Part shown: positions 19,050 to 27,033 of the stretch, piece after piece
How the letters are laid out: each line of letters opens with the position of its first letter
Numbering within the stretch: position 1 is the first letter of the stretch
From: a virus
Lineage: Duplodnaviria; Caudoviricetes
Direction: 5' to 3' (one strand)
DNA: 36,759 bases
Virus record (IMG/VR): IMGVR_UViG_3300049207_000086
Location: 1-36,759 of that record
Program-made: the position numbers and the translations under genes
The notes under the pieces: generated by a model
The model's input: the letters and a program-made list of their open reading frames with translations, nothing else
Database searches by the model: none
Told to the model about the DNA's origin: nothing

Positions 19050-19090
19050 GGGTTTGCCTGCGCAGTGATTGGGATGACAGTGCACAGGCT

Positions 19091-19145
19091 GCCGCGCGCG
19101 CGCCGGTTGGGCGAGCGCGGGGGGTTGTAGGGGAGGAAACTACAA
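19091..19145 (-). promoter_or_regulatory. Ogr-dependent late promoter of the FI operon
   Basis: TTGTAG-N9-CTACAA (19125-19145) plus GCCGCGCGCGCG (19091-19102), the bipartite motif described for phiCTX late promoters. Confidence 0.8.
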
Positions 19146-19169
19146 GGCTTGAGCGATGGCGCTCAAGCC

Positions 19170-19598
19170 TCAACGGACGGATTCAGCCAGCCAGAGCGGT
19201 GCAACGGGTCGCGATTCTTCCAGCGGGAACTGACTCGTTTGCGGCCACTCCCGCAACAGACGCCGATACGTCTGCAACTCGGTGTACTGCTCAGCCGAGA
19301 GCGTTGTCGATCCGCCACCTTCCATTTCATCGCGATGGCGCGCCACCATCGGATCGGTAGCCGCTAATTCAGCGTCCCGCCATATACGCTCTTGGTCCGA
19401 TAGCTGAGCGACAGTGAGCGTCGGCGGATCGACCAATGTTGGAAACCCTTGCTTATCCGGCCTGATTTGCTTGCCCTGCTCTTGCCCCTTGAGCAATTCG
19501 AAATAAAGACTGTCGGAAATCTGCACGACATCTTCCGGCATCATGGCGCCGTGTATCGACGAATCATAAAAGCCGCCGTCTATCGCTCTGTAGAACAT
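19170..19598 (-). CDS. Tail fibre assembly chaperone (gpG-like)
   Basis: GGFYD..IHG..MPED.V.I...ERIWRDAEL...YRRLLREWP...P..P.WL; follows the fibre gene. Confidence 0.85.
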   Translation of the reverse strand: MFYRAIDGGFYDSSIHGAMMPEDVVQISDSLYFELLKGQEQGKQIRPDKQGFPTLVDPPTLTVAQLSDQERIWRDAELAATDPMVARHRDEMEGGGSTTLSAEQYTELQTYRRLLREWPQTSQFPLEESRPVAPLWLAESVR

Positions 19599-19607
19599 AC
19601 CTCCTCC

Positions 19608-21560
19608 TCAATAACCTCGTGCTGTCCAAAAATGCTGGGATCCTGCACCGGTGTTTGTGCCCGAATGTGAATAACTAAACCCTACCTTTGAATAACTGCC
19701 GACTTGAACTGGCGCGCCTCGCGAGGCTGGGAAATGTGTACCCGCATCCACAAAGGTCAGCTGCACGTTGACGCATGCTGTTGTGAACGCCACAGGAAAC
19801 GTAATCGGCGTGGAAACGTTCGGGGACGACCCGCCGGATAAGCCCCATTGTTCAATTTCCCCAGATGGAAGACGTCGCCAGCCAGTCAGGCCCAAGGAGG
19901 ATGCGGATATCGCCGAGTGCCGCAATGCAGCTGTACCCCCGACTAGGCGCCATTCGCCGGTTAGCCGAACCAACAGTGCAGTATCCCCTTGCCCTAAAAC
20001 TAGTGATATCGCGCTACCGGCCGCGTTCGTTATCTGCTCGCCATTCGAAGGCAGTAGCGTAACAACTCCCACTCCAGCACTTAGCACCATGACCATGGCT
20101 GCTGGCCCAACTGGAGCGGTGGGTGGCAGAGTAACGTTGATAGCCGTTGAAGAGGCCGCACTAACGATGCCGCCGACACTTCCATTACCCAGAACTGTAC
20201 TGGCACTAATCGCATTGAAGCTCGACCACTCGATACCCTTCTTTTTTACAAACTCGGTAGTGGCAAGCAACTTGCTGCTGTCAAATTGCGCCGGGGTAGA
20301 TCCAAAGACTTTTGAATATTGCAGCTGCGCGGAACCGCTAGCCCACCAAGCGCTATCGCCATTTCCAACCATTGTTAACGTGGCGCCTACCTGCAGCTCG
20401 ATACTCGCGATCTGACCAGCACCAGAGTTGATGGTGTCGGCTCCGGCACAGTTCACAGTAATTACGCCACTGCCGATATTTGCAAAATGGATCGCACTAC
20501 CCGATGGCAGGCTACTAACGGCTGGCATCGTGACGGCGAACGTCCCGATGGTGGTAACCAGCGAGCCGGCTGCCGCAGCCGTGAGCACCGTGGCAGCCGT
20601 CAGACTGGTAAAACCTCGATAGTTACCGCCAGCACGTTTAACGTATTCCGTCGTTGCGAGTGACTTGCTGTTGTCGAACAGCACAGGAGTCGGCGCGGTC
20701 GGGTTACCGGCGAAGCTTGGCGAGAGCAACCGGGCAAGCCCATCAGTGATGTCTTTGAACGTCAGCGCCGTAGTACCGACGATAATCGGGCCATCCGTCA
20801 CCAGTTGCCAGATCGTGTCGGCCTGCGTCGCGCCAGCCTCGACTGCTATCGTCAGATTCGGCGTCACCTTCGCATTGTTATCGGCGTCCTTGGCTCGTAT
20901 CCAGGCCCCAACGGCGACCTCATAAGGGCCGTTGTCCTTGGCGGCCGTCTGGTTCTTGACCAGCACCCGGTCACCGGCATTGAGCGATACACCGTCCACC
21001 ACCTGCAAGCCGACCAAGCTGATGTTGGTCGTGGTGGCGGCGCGCACTGACTGCTTGATGTCGAGCTTGCTCAGCTCCTCCAGGATCTTGGCATCAACAT
21101 ACTTGCGAGTTGCCAATACAACAGAAGGGTCGATTTTCAGATCAACGTTAGCCGTGTTGCTGACGATCAGATTCATCCGCACGACTTGCGTTCGGCCTGA
21201 ACCCTGAGTCATCAAGGGCTTGTAGCTTGGTGCACAGTTTGCGACAGCAACCAGGTCGCCATCGGCGTCATACAGGCCAACTTCACGAATCCACCAGCCA
21301 CCGATGTTCTCGGGGATGACCTGCTCGGCAATGATGATATTGGAGTTGGTAGGATCGACGCTGAGTTGATTCAGCGGGGCGCGCCTGCGCTCATTGATCA
21401 ACCGCGTTTGCTGCTCGTTGGGGATCGGATCGGTGTCGTTGGCGTCGCCGACGGCCATCTGCGCAAACGTCCATGGGATGCCCAGGGCGTCCGCATTGGC
21501 CTGCTTGGCCTTGCCGATAGCGGTGAGAATGGCGAAAAACTGGGTGTTCTGGTCTGTCAT
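19608..21560 (-). CDS. Tail fibre protein (gpH-like, 650 aa)
   Basis: P2 H N-terminus (QMAVGD..., AEQVIPENIGGWWIRE, GSGRTQ, KIDPSVVLATR), two repeated knob-like modules, C-terminal WRRLPSGEIEQWG domain. Confidence 0.92.
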   Translation of the reverse strand: MTDQNTQFFAILTAIGKAKQANADALGIPWTFAQMAVGDANDTDPIPNEQQTRLINERRRAPLNQLSVDPTNSNIIIAEQVIPENIGGWWIREVGLYDADGDLVAVANCAPSYKPLMTQGSGRTQVVRMNLIVSNTANVDLKIDPSVVLATRKYVDAKILEELSKLDIKQSVRAATTTNISLVGLQVVDGVSLNAGDRVLVKNQTAAKDNGPYEVAVGAWIRAKDADNNAKVTPNLTIAVEAGATQADTIWQLVTDGPIIVGTTALTFKDITDGLARLLSPSFAGNPTAPTPVLFDNSKSLATTEYVKRAGGNYRGFTSLTAATVLTAAAAGSLVTTIGTFAVTMPAVSSLPSGSAIHFANIGSGVITVNCAGADTINSGAGQIASIELQVGATLTMVGNGDSAWWASGSAQLQYSKVFGSTPAQFDSSKLLATTEFVKKKGIEWSSFNAISASTVLGNGSVGGIVSAASSTAINVTLPPTAPVGPAAMVMVLSAGVGVVTLLPSNGEQITNAAGSAISLVLGQGDTALLVRLTGEWRLVGGTAALRHSAISASSLGLTGWRRLPSGEIEQWGLSGGSSPNVSTPITFPVAFTTACVNVQLTFVDAGTHFPASRGAPVQVGSYSKVGFSYSHSGTNTGAGSQHFWTARGY

Positions 21561-22177
21561 GGGTAGATGTCCATGGTGTCTATCTGGTGCTCACGGCCGC
21601 CCTGGTGGATATAGCCCGTGACCTCGATGTCTCGCTGTGTAGGTGGGTAGATATCAATCTCGTCGCCCTCGGTAATGCAGGCGCCGATATGCACTGATCC
21701 TGTGGTTTCCAGGCTGATGGCGAGCCCGGTGAGGTGGCGTGTCAGTGGCTTGGCATCGTCGATCAGCCAGGTCAGTTCTTGGTACATCTCTTCAGTGATA
21801 CCAGTGTCGAGCACGCCGACCTTGAGCCTAAAGGTGGCGCGAGGGCCGACCGGAACGGTCTGCCACCATTCGATGATTTCGATCAGGTAGCCGAGCGGTT
21901 CAACGACACGGCGCAGTGACCCGATGGTGCCTTTGCGTGAATGGATGTAGTACGCGCTGCGGATGGCGGCGCGCTTGGCCGCTTCGGTCCACTTGCTGTC
22001 CCAGCGATCCACGGAGAAAGCCCATGCCAGGTAGGGCAAAAGGGGCAGTGGGCAAAGGTCGGGGTTGTACAGCGTGCGCAGCGGAATCGGCACACGCTGG
22101 ATCTGGGCCAGCGCCTTCGCGGCTTGACGCTCCAACGGCGTCGAATTGCTTGGAAGCAGGGGCGCGTCAGCCATCAT
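21557..22177 (-). CDS. Tail protein I
   Basis: LLPSNSTPLER, LLPYLAWAFSVDRWD, KGTIGSLRR, AKPLTRHL. Confidence 0.93.
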   Translation of the reverse strand: MMADAPLLPSNSTPLERQAAKALAQIQRVPIPLRTLYNPDLCPLPLLPYLAWAFSVDRWDSKWTEAAKRAAIRSAYYIHSRKGTIGSLRRVVEPLGYLIEIIEWWQTVPVGPRATFRLKVGVLDTGITEEMYQELTWLIDDAKPLTRHLTGLAISLETTGSVHIGACITEGDEIDIYPPTQRDIEVTGYIHQGGREHQIDTMDIYP

Positions 22178-23085
22178 TCAACCCCCAGCGCCAGATCGAT
22201 GGCCGTGCAGTACGGGGCCTGGTACTTCGTCGCAACGATGTCCGTCCAGTTCTCCAGCACGACCTTGCGCACACCCTCGACGTGCAGCGAGGCGTGGATA
22301 ATCGACTCCGAAACCTCCAAGCCCAGGCGCCGCCGTTGGTGCACGAAAGCCAGCAACTGCGCATTGGCCGCCGCGAGAATCAACTCGCTCTCAGGGCCGG
22401 ACGTCGAGAGAAACAGCTTTGCCTTGACCTGGTAGTTGATGACCTGGGCGCTTTGCACAGTGAGCCGATCCGCGACAGGGCGGCGGTCGTCGTCGCTGAG
22501 GTAGGCATTGACCTTTGCCAGCAGCGTGGGCGAGGCGGTGCCGTCACCCAGGATCGATTGCACAGTCACCACGGCCTCGGCCGGGGCGGGACTCTCGGCA
22601 GTGGCGTCGGCCACCTGGCCGTCAGCCGAGCGCGCATGAAAGATGTAGCTGTTACGCGGGCCGGCAGTGCTGAGGCCTTCCCACGCCATTTGAGCCCGCT
22701 CCCGCAGGCTGTCGTCGCTCTCCATCAGCAACGGGACCGGCGGCACGGCTGAGGGCTTAGCGGCCTGGATGACCAGGCGCTTTACGTTGAAGTTGCCGGC
22801 CAGGTTCTCCAGGTCGCTGCCCTTTGCCAGGGCTAGCATGTTGGCAACGGACGCCTCATTGACGCGCTGGCGCCATACCGTCTCGCGGTAGGCGTTCTCC
22901 TGGAGCAGTTTGGTCAGGGGCTCAGATTCCAGCTCAAGCCGTGCGGCGATCTCGGCTTGCTCCTCGACCGGCCAGAGGCTGATGGCGTAGGCCTTGCGCT
23001 CGGTGAGGATCTGCTCGTAATCAATCTGTTCAACAACTTCGGGCGCAGGGAGCTGGCTCAGGTCAATTGCGACGAAGGAATTCAT
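22174..23085 (-). CDS. Baseplate assembly protein J
   Basis: IDLSQLPAP.VVE, ESEPL.KLLQENAYRE, LSTAGP, RPVADRLTVQSA. Confidence 0.95.
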   Translation of the reverse strand: MNSFVAIDLSQLPAPEVVEQIDYEQILTERKAYAISLWPVEEQAEIAARLELESEPLTKLLQENAYRETVWRQRVNEASVANMLALAKGSDLENLAGNFNVKRLVIQAAKPSAVPPVPLLMESDDSLRERAQMAWEGLSTAGPRNSYIFHARSADGQVADATAESPAPAEAVVTVQSILGDGTASPTLLAKVNAYLSDDDRRPVADRLTVQSAQVINYQVKAKLFLSTSGPESELILAAANAQLLAFVHQRRRLGLEVSESIIHASLHVEGVRKVVLENWTDIVATKYQAPYCTAIDLALGVE

Positions 23086-23426
23086 GCGCTACCCCCCAAG
23101 TTCAGAGGCACGCTCAGACTCAGCGGCTCGTTGCTATCGACAACGCTGCCCTCGATATCCAACGAGGATTGACCTTGCAGCGTGGCGCCCTGGAACTGCA
23201 CCCGACTCAGGCTGATACGCGGTTCCCAGCGCATCAGCGCCATGACGGTGGCCGCGTACACCTGCAAACGGGTGATGTCGTTGAATGGGTGGTCCACCAG
23301 CTCGGGCAACAAACTGCCGTATTCGCGCCGCATGACCCGGGTACCAATGCGGGTGCTGAGGATGTCGCTCATGGATTGGGCGATGCTCTCCACGGTGGTG
23401 ATGGCGCCGCCGGTATGTCGATTCAT
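23082..23426 (-). CDS. Baseplate protein W (gp25-like)
   Basis: MNRHTG...QS..DIL.T.IGTRVMRREYGS...RWEPRI. Confidence 0.93.
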   Translation of the reverse strand: MNRHTGGAITTVESIAQSMSDILSTRIGTRVMRREYGSLLPELVDHPFNDITRLQVYAATVMALMRWEPRISLSRVQFQGATLQGQSSLDIEGSVVDSNEPLSLSVPLNLGGSA

Positions 23427-23995
23427 TCCGGTTTCCCCGTCTTGCTGCCACCAGGCATTACGTCGCCATGCAAGTGCTTCACCAGGCTGATACCGGCGGC
23501 CACTACGTCTACCGAGACGGCGACGTTACCGGTGACGTTCTGGTTGCCGGTCTGGGTGTAATCGCCCTGGTGAGTGATGTTGCCGACGATATTGATGCCG
23601 CCGGTGCTGATCAGGTTGGTGGTGCCGCAATCGGTGAGTGTGGCGTTGAGGTGGTGAGCGACGCTGTCGTACTCGATCACCGTGCCGTCGCGGTAGGTGA
23701 CGCGGTGTAGGCCCTCGCGGTCGCCGTTGGCGGGGATCTGGTCACTGAAAAGACCGGTCAAGGCGACGCCGTTGCCGAGTTGGCCCGAAGGGCTGAATAG
23801 TAAAACCTGTTCATTGATTGTCGGTGGGTTCCACTCCCGGTCAGCACCGGCCCGCAGGGTGATCCACGGCAGCCAGGCAGTGGTCAAGGTTCCGGTTTTG
23901 ACCTGCACACGCGGGGGTTGCATCTGGACGGCAGCGATGGTGCCGAAGCGGATGAGGTTTTCGATCAGGCGGGCGAGGGTGGCTAAGTCGTTCAT
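23423..23995 (-). CDS. Baseplate spike protein V
   Basis: NLIRFGTI, TAWLPW, RAG, EQV, C-terminal HxH metal motif (KHLHG). Confidence 0.93.
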   Translation of the reverse strand: MNDLATLARLIENLIRFGTIAAVQMQPPRVQVKTGTLTTAWLPWITLRAGADREWNPPTINEQVLLFSPSGQLGNGVALTGLFSDQIPANGDREGLHRVTYRDGTVIEYDSVAHHLNATLTDCGTTNLISTGGINIVGNITHQGDYTQTGNQNVTGNVAVSVDVVAAGISLVKHLHGDVMPGGSKTGKPE

Positions 23996-24010
23996 GGCGC
24001 CGATGTTGGC

Positions 24011-24066
24011 GCCACGCGTGCGGGAGTGCAGCCGTACAGACTTGTGGCGTATGGCTCTACAAGTCT
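24011..24066 (-). promoter_or_regulatory. Ogr-dependent late promoter of the V operon
   Basis: TTGTGG-N9-CTACAA (24042-24062) inside the longer palindrome AGACTTGT...ACAAGTCT, with GCCACGCGTGCG at 24011. Confidence 0.75.
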
Positions 24067-24125
24067 CGCTTGGCTACGAACTGTCTATGCGACAGTGGCT
24101 GTGAGCTGGTTACGCAAAGATAGGT

Positions 24126-24416
24126 TCACCAGTCTTCAGACCGCTCTGTACGCTGGTGGAGGATACGCAGGATCTGAATTTCGCCATGTATCAGGCGGTA
24201 TGGGGCAATAAACGGAAACCTGGACAGCACCAACTCTCGAATATCTGGTACCTGAGATGGTCTGCCCAAGCCCGTGAAGGTTTCCAATTGCTCAAGTGCT
24301 TCAATGATTTCAGCAATTACCGCGTCTGCGGAGCGAGTCCCAAGGCGTGACTCGTAATATTCGTGAATGGATTCTAGATCACTGTCAGCTTTTTCCGTCA
24401 GCGCGATTTTTACCAC
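24126..24416 (-). CDS. Type II toxin, RelE/ParE family
   Basis: IALTEKADSDLESIHEY, GRP..DIRELV...FPFI..YR..EIQILRILH..E.W. Confidence 0.85.
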   Translation of the reverse strand: MVKIALTEKADSDLESIHEYYESRLGTRSADAVIAEIIEALEQLETFTGLGRPSQVPDIRELVLSRFPFIAPYRLIHGEIQILRILHQRTERSEDW

Positions 24417-24645
24417 GATTCACCCACTTAGCCTTGATGGCTTTCAGATCTGTCAGGTTGCCTGCATCAGCATCTGCGACACCTTCAGCTATAGCATTGA
24501 GATGCCATGATTCAGATTCAACATAACGGGCCAAGGCACGTTTGAGGTGATACTGGCGATCCCGATCAGTGGCCTCGGACAACTGATCAAGTTTTTCTAC
24601 CAATACGTCTTCGACACGGAATGACAACACAGGCGAAGCCATCAT
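24385..24645 (-). CDS. CopG/ribbon-helix-helix antitoxin
   Basis: VLSFRV...LDQLSEATDR.R.Y...ALARYV...I.EG.ADADAG; upstream of and overlapping the toxin. Confidence 0.85.
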   Translation of the reverse strand: MMASPVLSFRVEDVLVEKLDQLSEATDRDRQYHLKRALARYVESESWHLNAIAEGVADADAGNLTDLKAIKAKWVNRGKNRADGKS

Positions 24646-24663
24646 AAAGCCCTCATAACAAAA

Positions 24664-24712
24664 TGTATACAGCGTATACGGGTATAGCAATCGTATACTC
24701 ATAAAGGAATAC
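24664..24712. promoter_or_regulatory. Candidate antitoxin operator array
   Basis: GTATAC at 24665, 24674, 24693, with variants GTATAG 24682 and GAATAC 24707, just upstream of the antitoxin start. Confidence 0.6.
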
Positions 24713-24870
24713 AGGACAGCCTTTTTTGCAGTTTTTGATTATCGTTGGCCCCTGTTTTTGCCTGTAAACATTGGCTATTTTGAGCTTGGAACGTCCGGAA
24801 CACGGGCGCGAAACTGTTTCGTATAGTGATGTTATACAAAAAAATCGCTTTTACCGTTCGTCGGATTTGC

Positions 24871-25338
24871 TCATTTTTCTCTTCGCAAAATCTCCTTAAG
24901 TAAGGAGTCCCGGATCAAATCCATATCATCTTCGGTGAAGCCCAACACCTGACGTTGATCGTACTTCACATCTGGCGCCCCTCTTTCGGCACGATCCTTC
25001 AACCCGTACTGGTGCACTCGGGCGATTCGCGCTATTCGACCGACAAATCCGACGCTTATCGCATTTCCGTCGCCCTGGATTTTCAAAAAGCTCGCCGTGC
25101 GCAGCTTCTGAAACATCTGCACTTTTCGTTTCACCCGTCCTTGTTTCCCCCGCAGGTTGCGCTGTTTCCGCGGCGCGTACTTGCTCCCATCCGGGTTGCG
25201 CTGGGTGATGATTCGCTGCTGCTGGCTGCGCCGCAGCGCCTGGCCGATGCTACGGGCCAGTTTGTTGCGCGATGCCGGTTCGAGCTGTCCCAACAGGCCG
25301 GCGGCCCAATCCTCCAGCGTTTCCAATCGATTGGTCAT
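24871..25338 (-). CDS. Tail completion protein S
   Basis: LRRSQQQRI..QRNPDGS.YAPRK...MF.KLR...RIARVHQYGL. Confidence 0.92.
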   Translation of the reverse strand: MTNRLETLEDWAAGLLGQLEPASRNKLARSIGQALRRSQQQRIITQRNPDGSKYAPRKQRNLRGKQGRVKRKVQMFQKLRTASFLKIQGDGNAISVGFVGRIARIARVHQYGLKDRAERGAPDVKYDQRQVLGFTEDDMDLIRDSLLKEILRREK

Positions 25339-25811
25339 TTAGGCACGACCCATTCGCTGCCGGTGCCTTGGGCGCCAGGTATCCACGCCGGATCGAGAAA
25401 CGCGGCTACATGCTGAGGTTCGCCGGGATGGTGGACGGTGGTATTGCCGTCGGCGTCTTTCCCCACTACCACACGCTCGGTCAGCGGCAGTGTCAGGCTC
25501 AGGTCCACCTTGCTGTTGTCCAGGATATCGGCCTCGAACAGGATGCCCTCTGCGGACTTGTTCAGGTTCTCCAGCAGCTCGGACTGGTTCACGCTCAGCC
25601 AGCCCAGCAACGGCAACATGACGCTGTCGGGGTGACCGGCGTAGTCGGTGAGGATGACCTGTAAATCAAAGCTGTATTCGAACGACAGCGAGGCAGCCGC
25701 GGTGCAGCGGATTTTGCCGTTGTCGATGAAGATCAGCAGCCGGTCGGGGTTGTGCTTGAGTTCGGCCACTGTGCTCAGCAGATGGGCCCGCAGGCTTTCG
25801 GGTTTGTTCAT
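25335..25811 (-). CDS. Tail completion protein R
   Basis: MNKPESLR..L...NPDRL.IFID.G...SLSFEY...LTERV; start trimmed to 25811. Confidence 0.92.
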   Translation of the reverse strand: MNKPESLRAHLLSTVAELKHNPDRLLIFIDNGKIRCTAAASLSFEYSFDLQVILTDYAGHPDSVMLPLLGWLSVNQSELLENLNKSAEGILFEADILDNSKVDLSLTLPLTERVVVGKDADGNTTVHHPGEPQHVAAFLDPAWIPGAQGTGSEWVVPK

Positions 25812-26065
25812 GGGGCCGCCTGTTGATGGTTGAAGACCATGTCTACCTGGCTGGCGCATTCGGCCCATGCGGCTTCGACGCGGTCCTGGTCGGTGAGCTG
25901 ATCGCCGTTATTGAGTGGGTTTGTCGCCGGTAGGGTGCAGGGCACCACGGCCGGACAGCCACTGACGATAAGCGTCGGCGCCGGTGAAGGCGGGGCGCTC
26001 GCGCAGCCGGCGAGCAAGCTCAGGCAAAGGCTGGTCAGCCCAGTCGCGAAGGTCTTCGTTTTCAC
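25808..26065 (-). CDS. lysC: o-spanin (LysC/Rz1-like lipoprotein)
   Basis: Lipobox LLAGC, Pro-rich segment, CP.V.PC.LP...NGD..AW..CA.QVD; overlaps lysB in another frame. Confidence 0.85.
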   Translation of the reverse strand: MKTKTFATGLTSLCLSLLAGCASAPPSPAPTLIVSGCPAVVPCTLPATNPLNNGDQLTDQDRVEAAWAECASQVDMVFNHQQAAP

Positions 26066-26351
26066 GTTTCAGCGCCTCGATGGTTTGCTCGCGCTTTGCC
26101 AGGCCCTGGCGCAGTTGATCCTGCTGGGTTCGCAGGGCAGCCTGGGCAATGCGCTCGTCGTTCAGGGTGTTTTGCAGGGTGCTGAGATTGGCGCGCAGCC
26201 TGTCAGCTTCTTCGCGGGCGATTTTGATGTCCTTTCCCGCCAGTTCGGTGTTCTTCTCGGCCACGGTGATGCGTTGTTCCTGGCCCCAGATGAGTAGTGC
26301 CAGGGTGCCCAGCAGGGCGATGCCGTACAGCGCCTGGCGCAGGGTACTCAT
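25908..26351 (-). CDS. lysB: i-spanin (LysB/Rz-like)
   Basis: N-terminal TM, coiled coil, LKRENEDLRDWADQPLP; start trimmed to 26351. Confidence 0.85.
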   Translation of the reverse strand: MSTLRQALYGIALLGTLALLIWGQEQRITVAEKNTELAGKDIKIAREEADRLRANLSTLQNTLNDERIAQAALRTQQDQLRQGLAKREQTIEALKRENEDLRDWADQPLPELARRLRERPAFTGADAYRQWLSGRGALHPTGDKPTQ

Positions 26352-26554
26352 GCGCGGTACCAGCCCAGTTTGTTCATGTCGCTGACATCCATCCGCTCCA
26401 CCGGACCTCGCAGGATGACGACCCGGCAACCAGGGGTCATGTAGGCCAGGGCTTCGCACAGCAGCTCCATATCGGCTTGCTCGGTATTCTCGGGCACCAC
26501 CAGCAAGCTGCCGTCCTGCACGTTCAACTGTTGCACGCGTTCAAGGTCGATCAC
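26348..26554 (-). CDS. Hypothetical 68-aa protein in the lysis cassette
   Basis: GTGA overlap with the upstream gene and ATGA overlap with lysB. Confidence 0.7.
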   Translation of the reverse strand: MIDLERVQQLNVQDGSLLVVPENTEQADMELLCEALAYMTPGCRVVILRGPVERMDVSDMNKLGWYRA

Positions 26555-27033
26555 TTTAGGAACTCTCCAAGGTAGAGCAGCCGAAATTCTTCCGGGCAGT
26601 GCGAAGCTCGGGCCTCTTCGAGAATGTCGGGCATATGGATCGGCCAGGTGTATCGGCAGAAGTGCCGGTTATTGGCTTCGATCAGGCGTAACAGCAGATC
26701 GTTTTCTGCGGTATGTACGCCCGCCGTTCGCTGGAATCTCGGTGTGGTTGCGTAAAAGGCGTCGGCCCGGATTCTGGTCGAGTTAAGCCAATCGAATTCG
26801 TCGTAAAACCAAACAGCGTCTTCAACGTCTTCACCGCATGGCACGTCTTCGCCATCTTCCAGAATCACCGCACCTGGCAAGCGGCGGCGCATGTCTTCGA
26901 CCAGCCCCTCCAAGGTAACGAAACAAACCTTCCTTCCCGCTTCAACGTAGGGTTTCGCACGTTGAACCAGTCGTTCGGTTTTCCCGGTTTGTCGCGGACT
27001 GATTTCAAGATGAGCAATTCGAAGGGGAATCAT
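26551..27033 (-). CDS. Stand-alone P-loop protein resembling a minimal terminase ATPase domain (160 aa)
   Basis: SPRQTGKT (Walker A), VWFYDEF (Walker B), YATTP (coupling motif), C-terminal PEEFRLLYLGEF; ATGA overlap with the endolysin stop. Confidence 0.75.
   Translation of the reverse strand: MIPLRIAHLEISPRQTGKTERLVQRAKPYVEAGRKVCFVTLEGLVEDMRRRLPGAVILEDGEDVPCGEDVEDAVWFYDEFDWLNSTRIRADAFYATTPRFQRTAGVHTAENDLLLRLIEANNRHFCRYTWPIHMPDILEEARASHCPEEFRLLYLGEFLK

Noticed and set aside
17931-19130. 399-aa plus-strand ORF (likewise 29635-30750 plus and 32136-33464 minus)
   Set aside because: Antisense shadows of the sheath, capsid and terminase genes
19170-21560. Invertible or DGR-diversified tail fibre locus
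   Set aside because: No invertase, reverse transcriptase, second fibre end or nucleotide-level template repeat seen
24811-24845. loxP/dif-like palindrome TTCGTATA-GTGATGT-TATACAAA upstream of the TA module
   Set aside because: 7-bp spacer fits neither loxP (8) nor dif (6), there is no XerD arm and no partner site; at most a promoter or operator element
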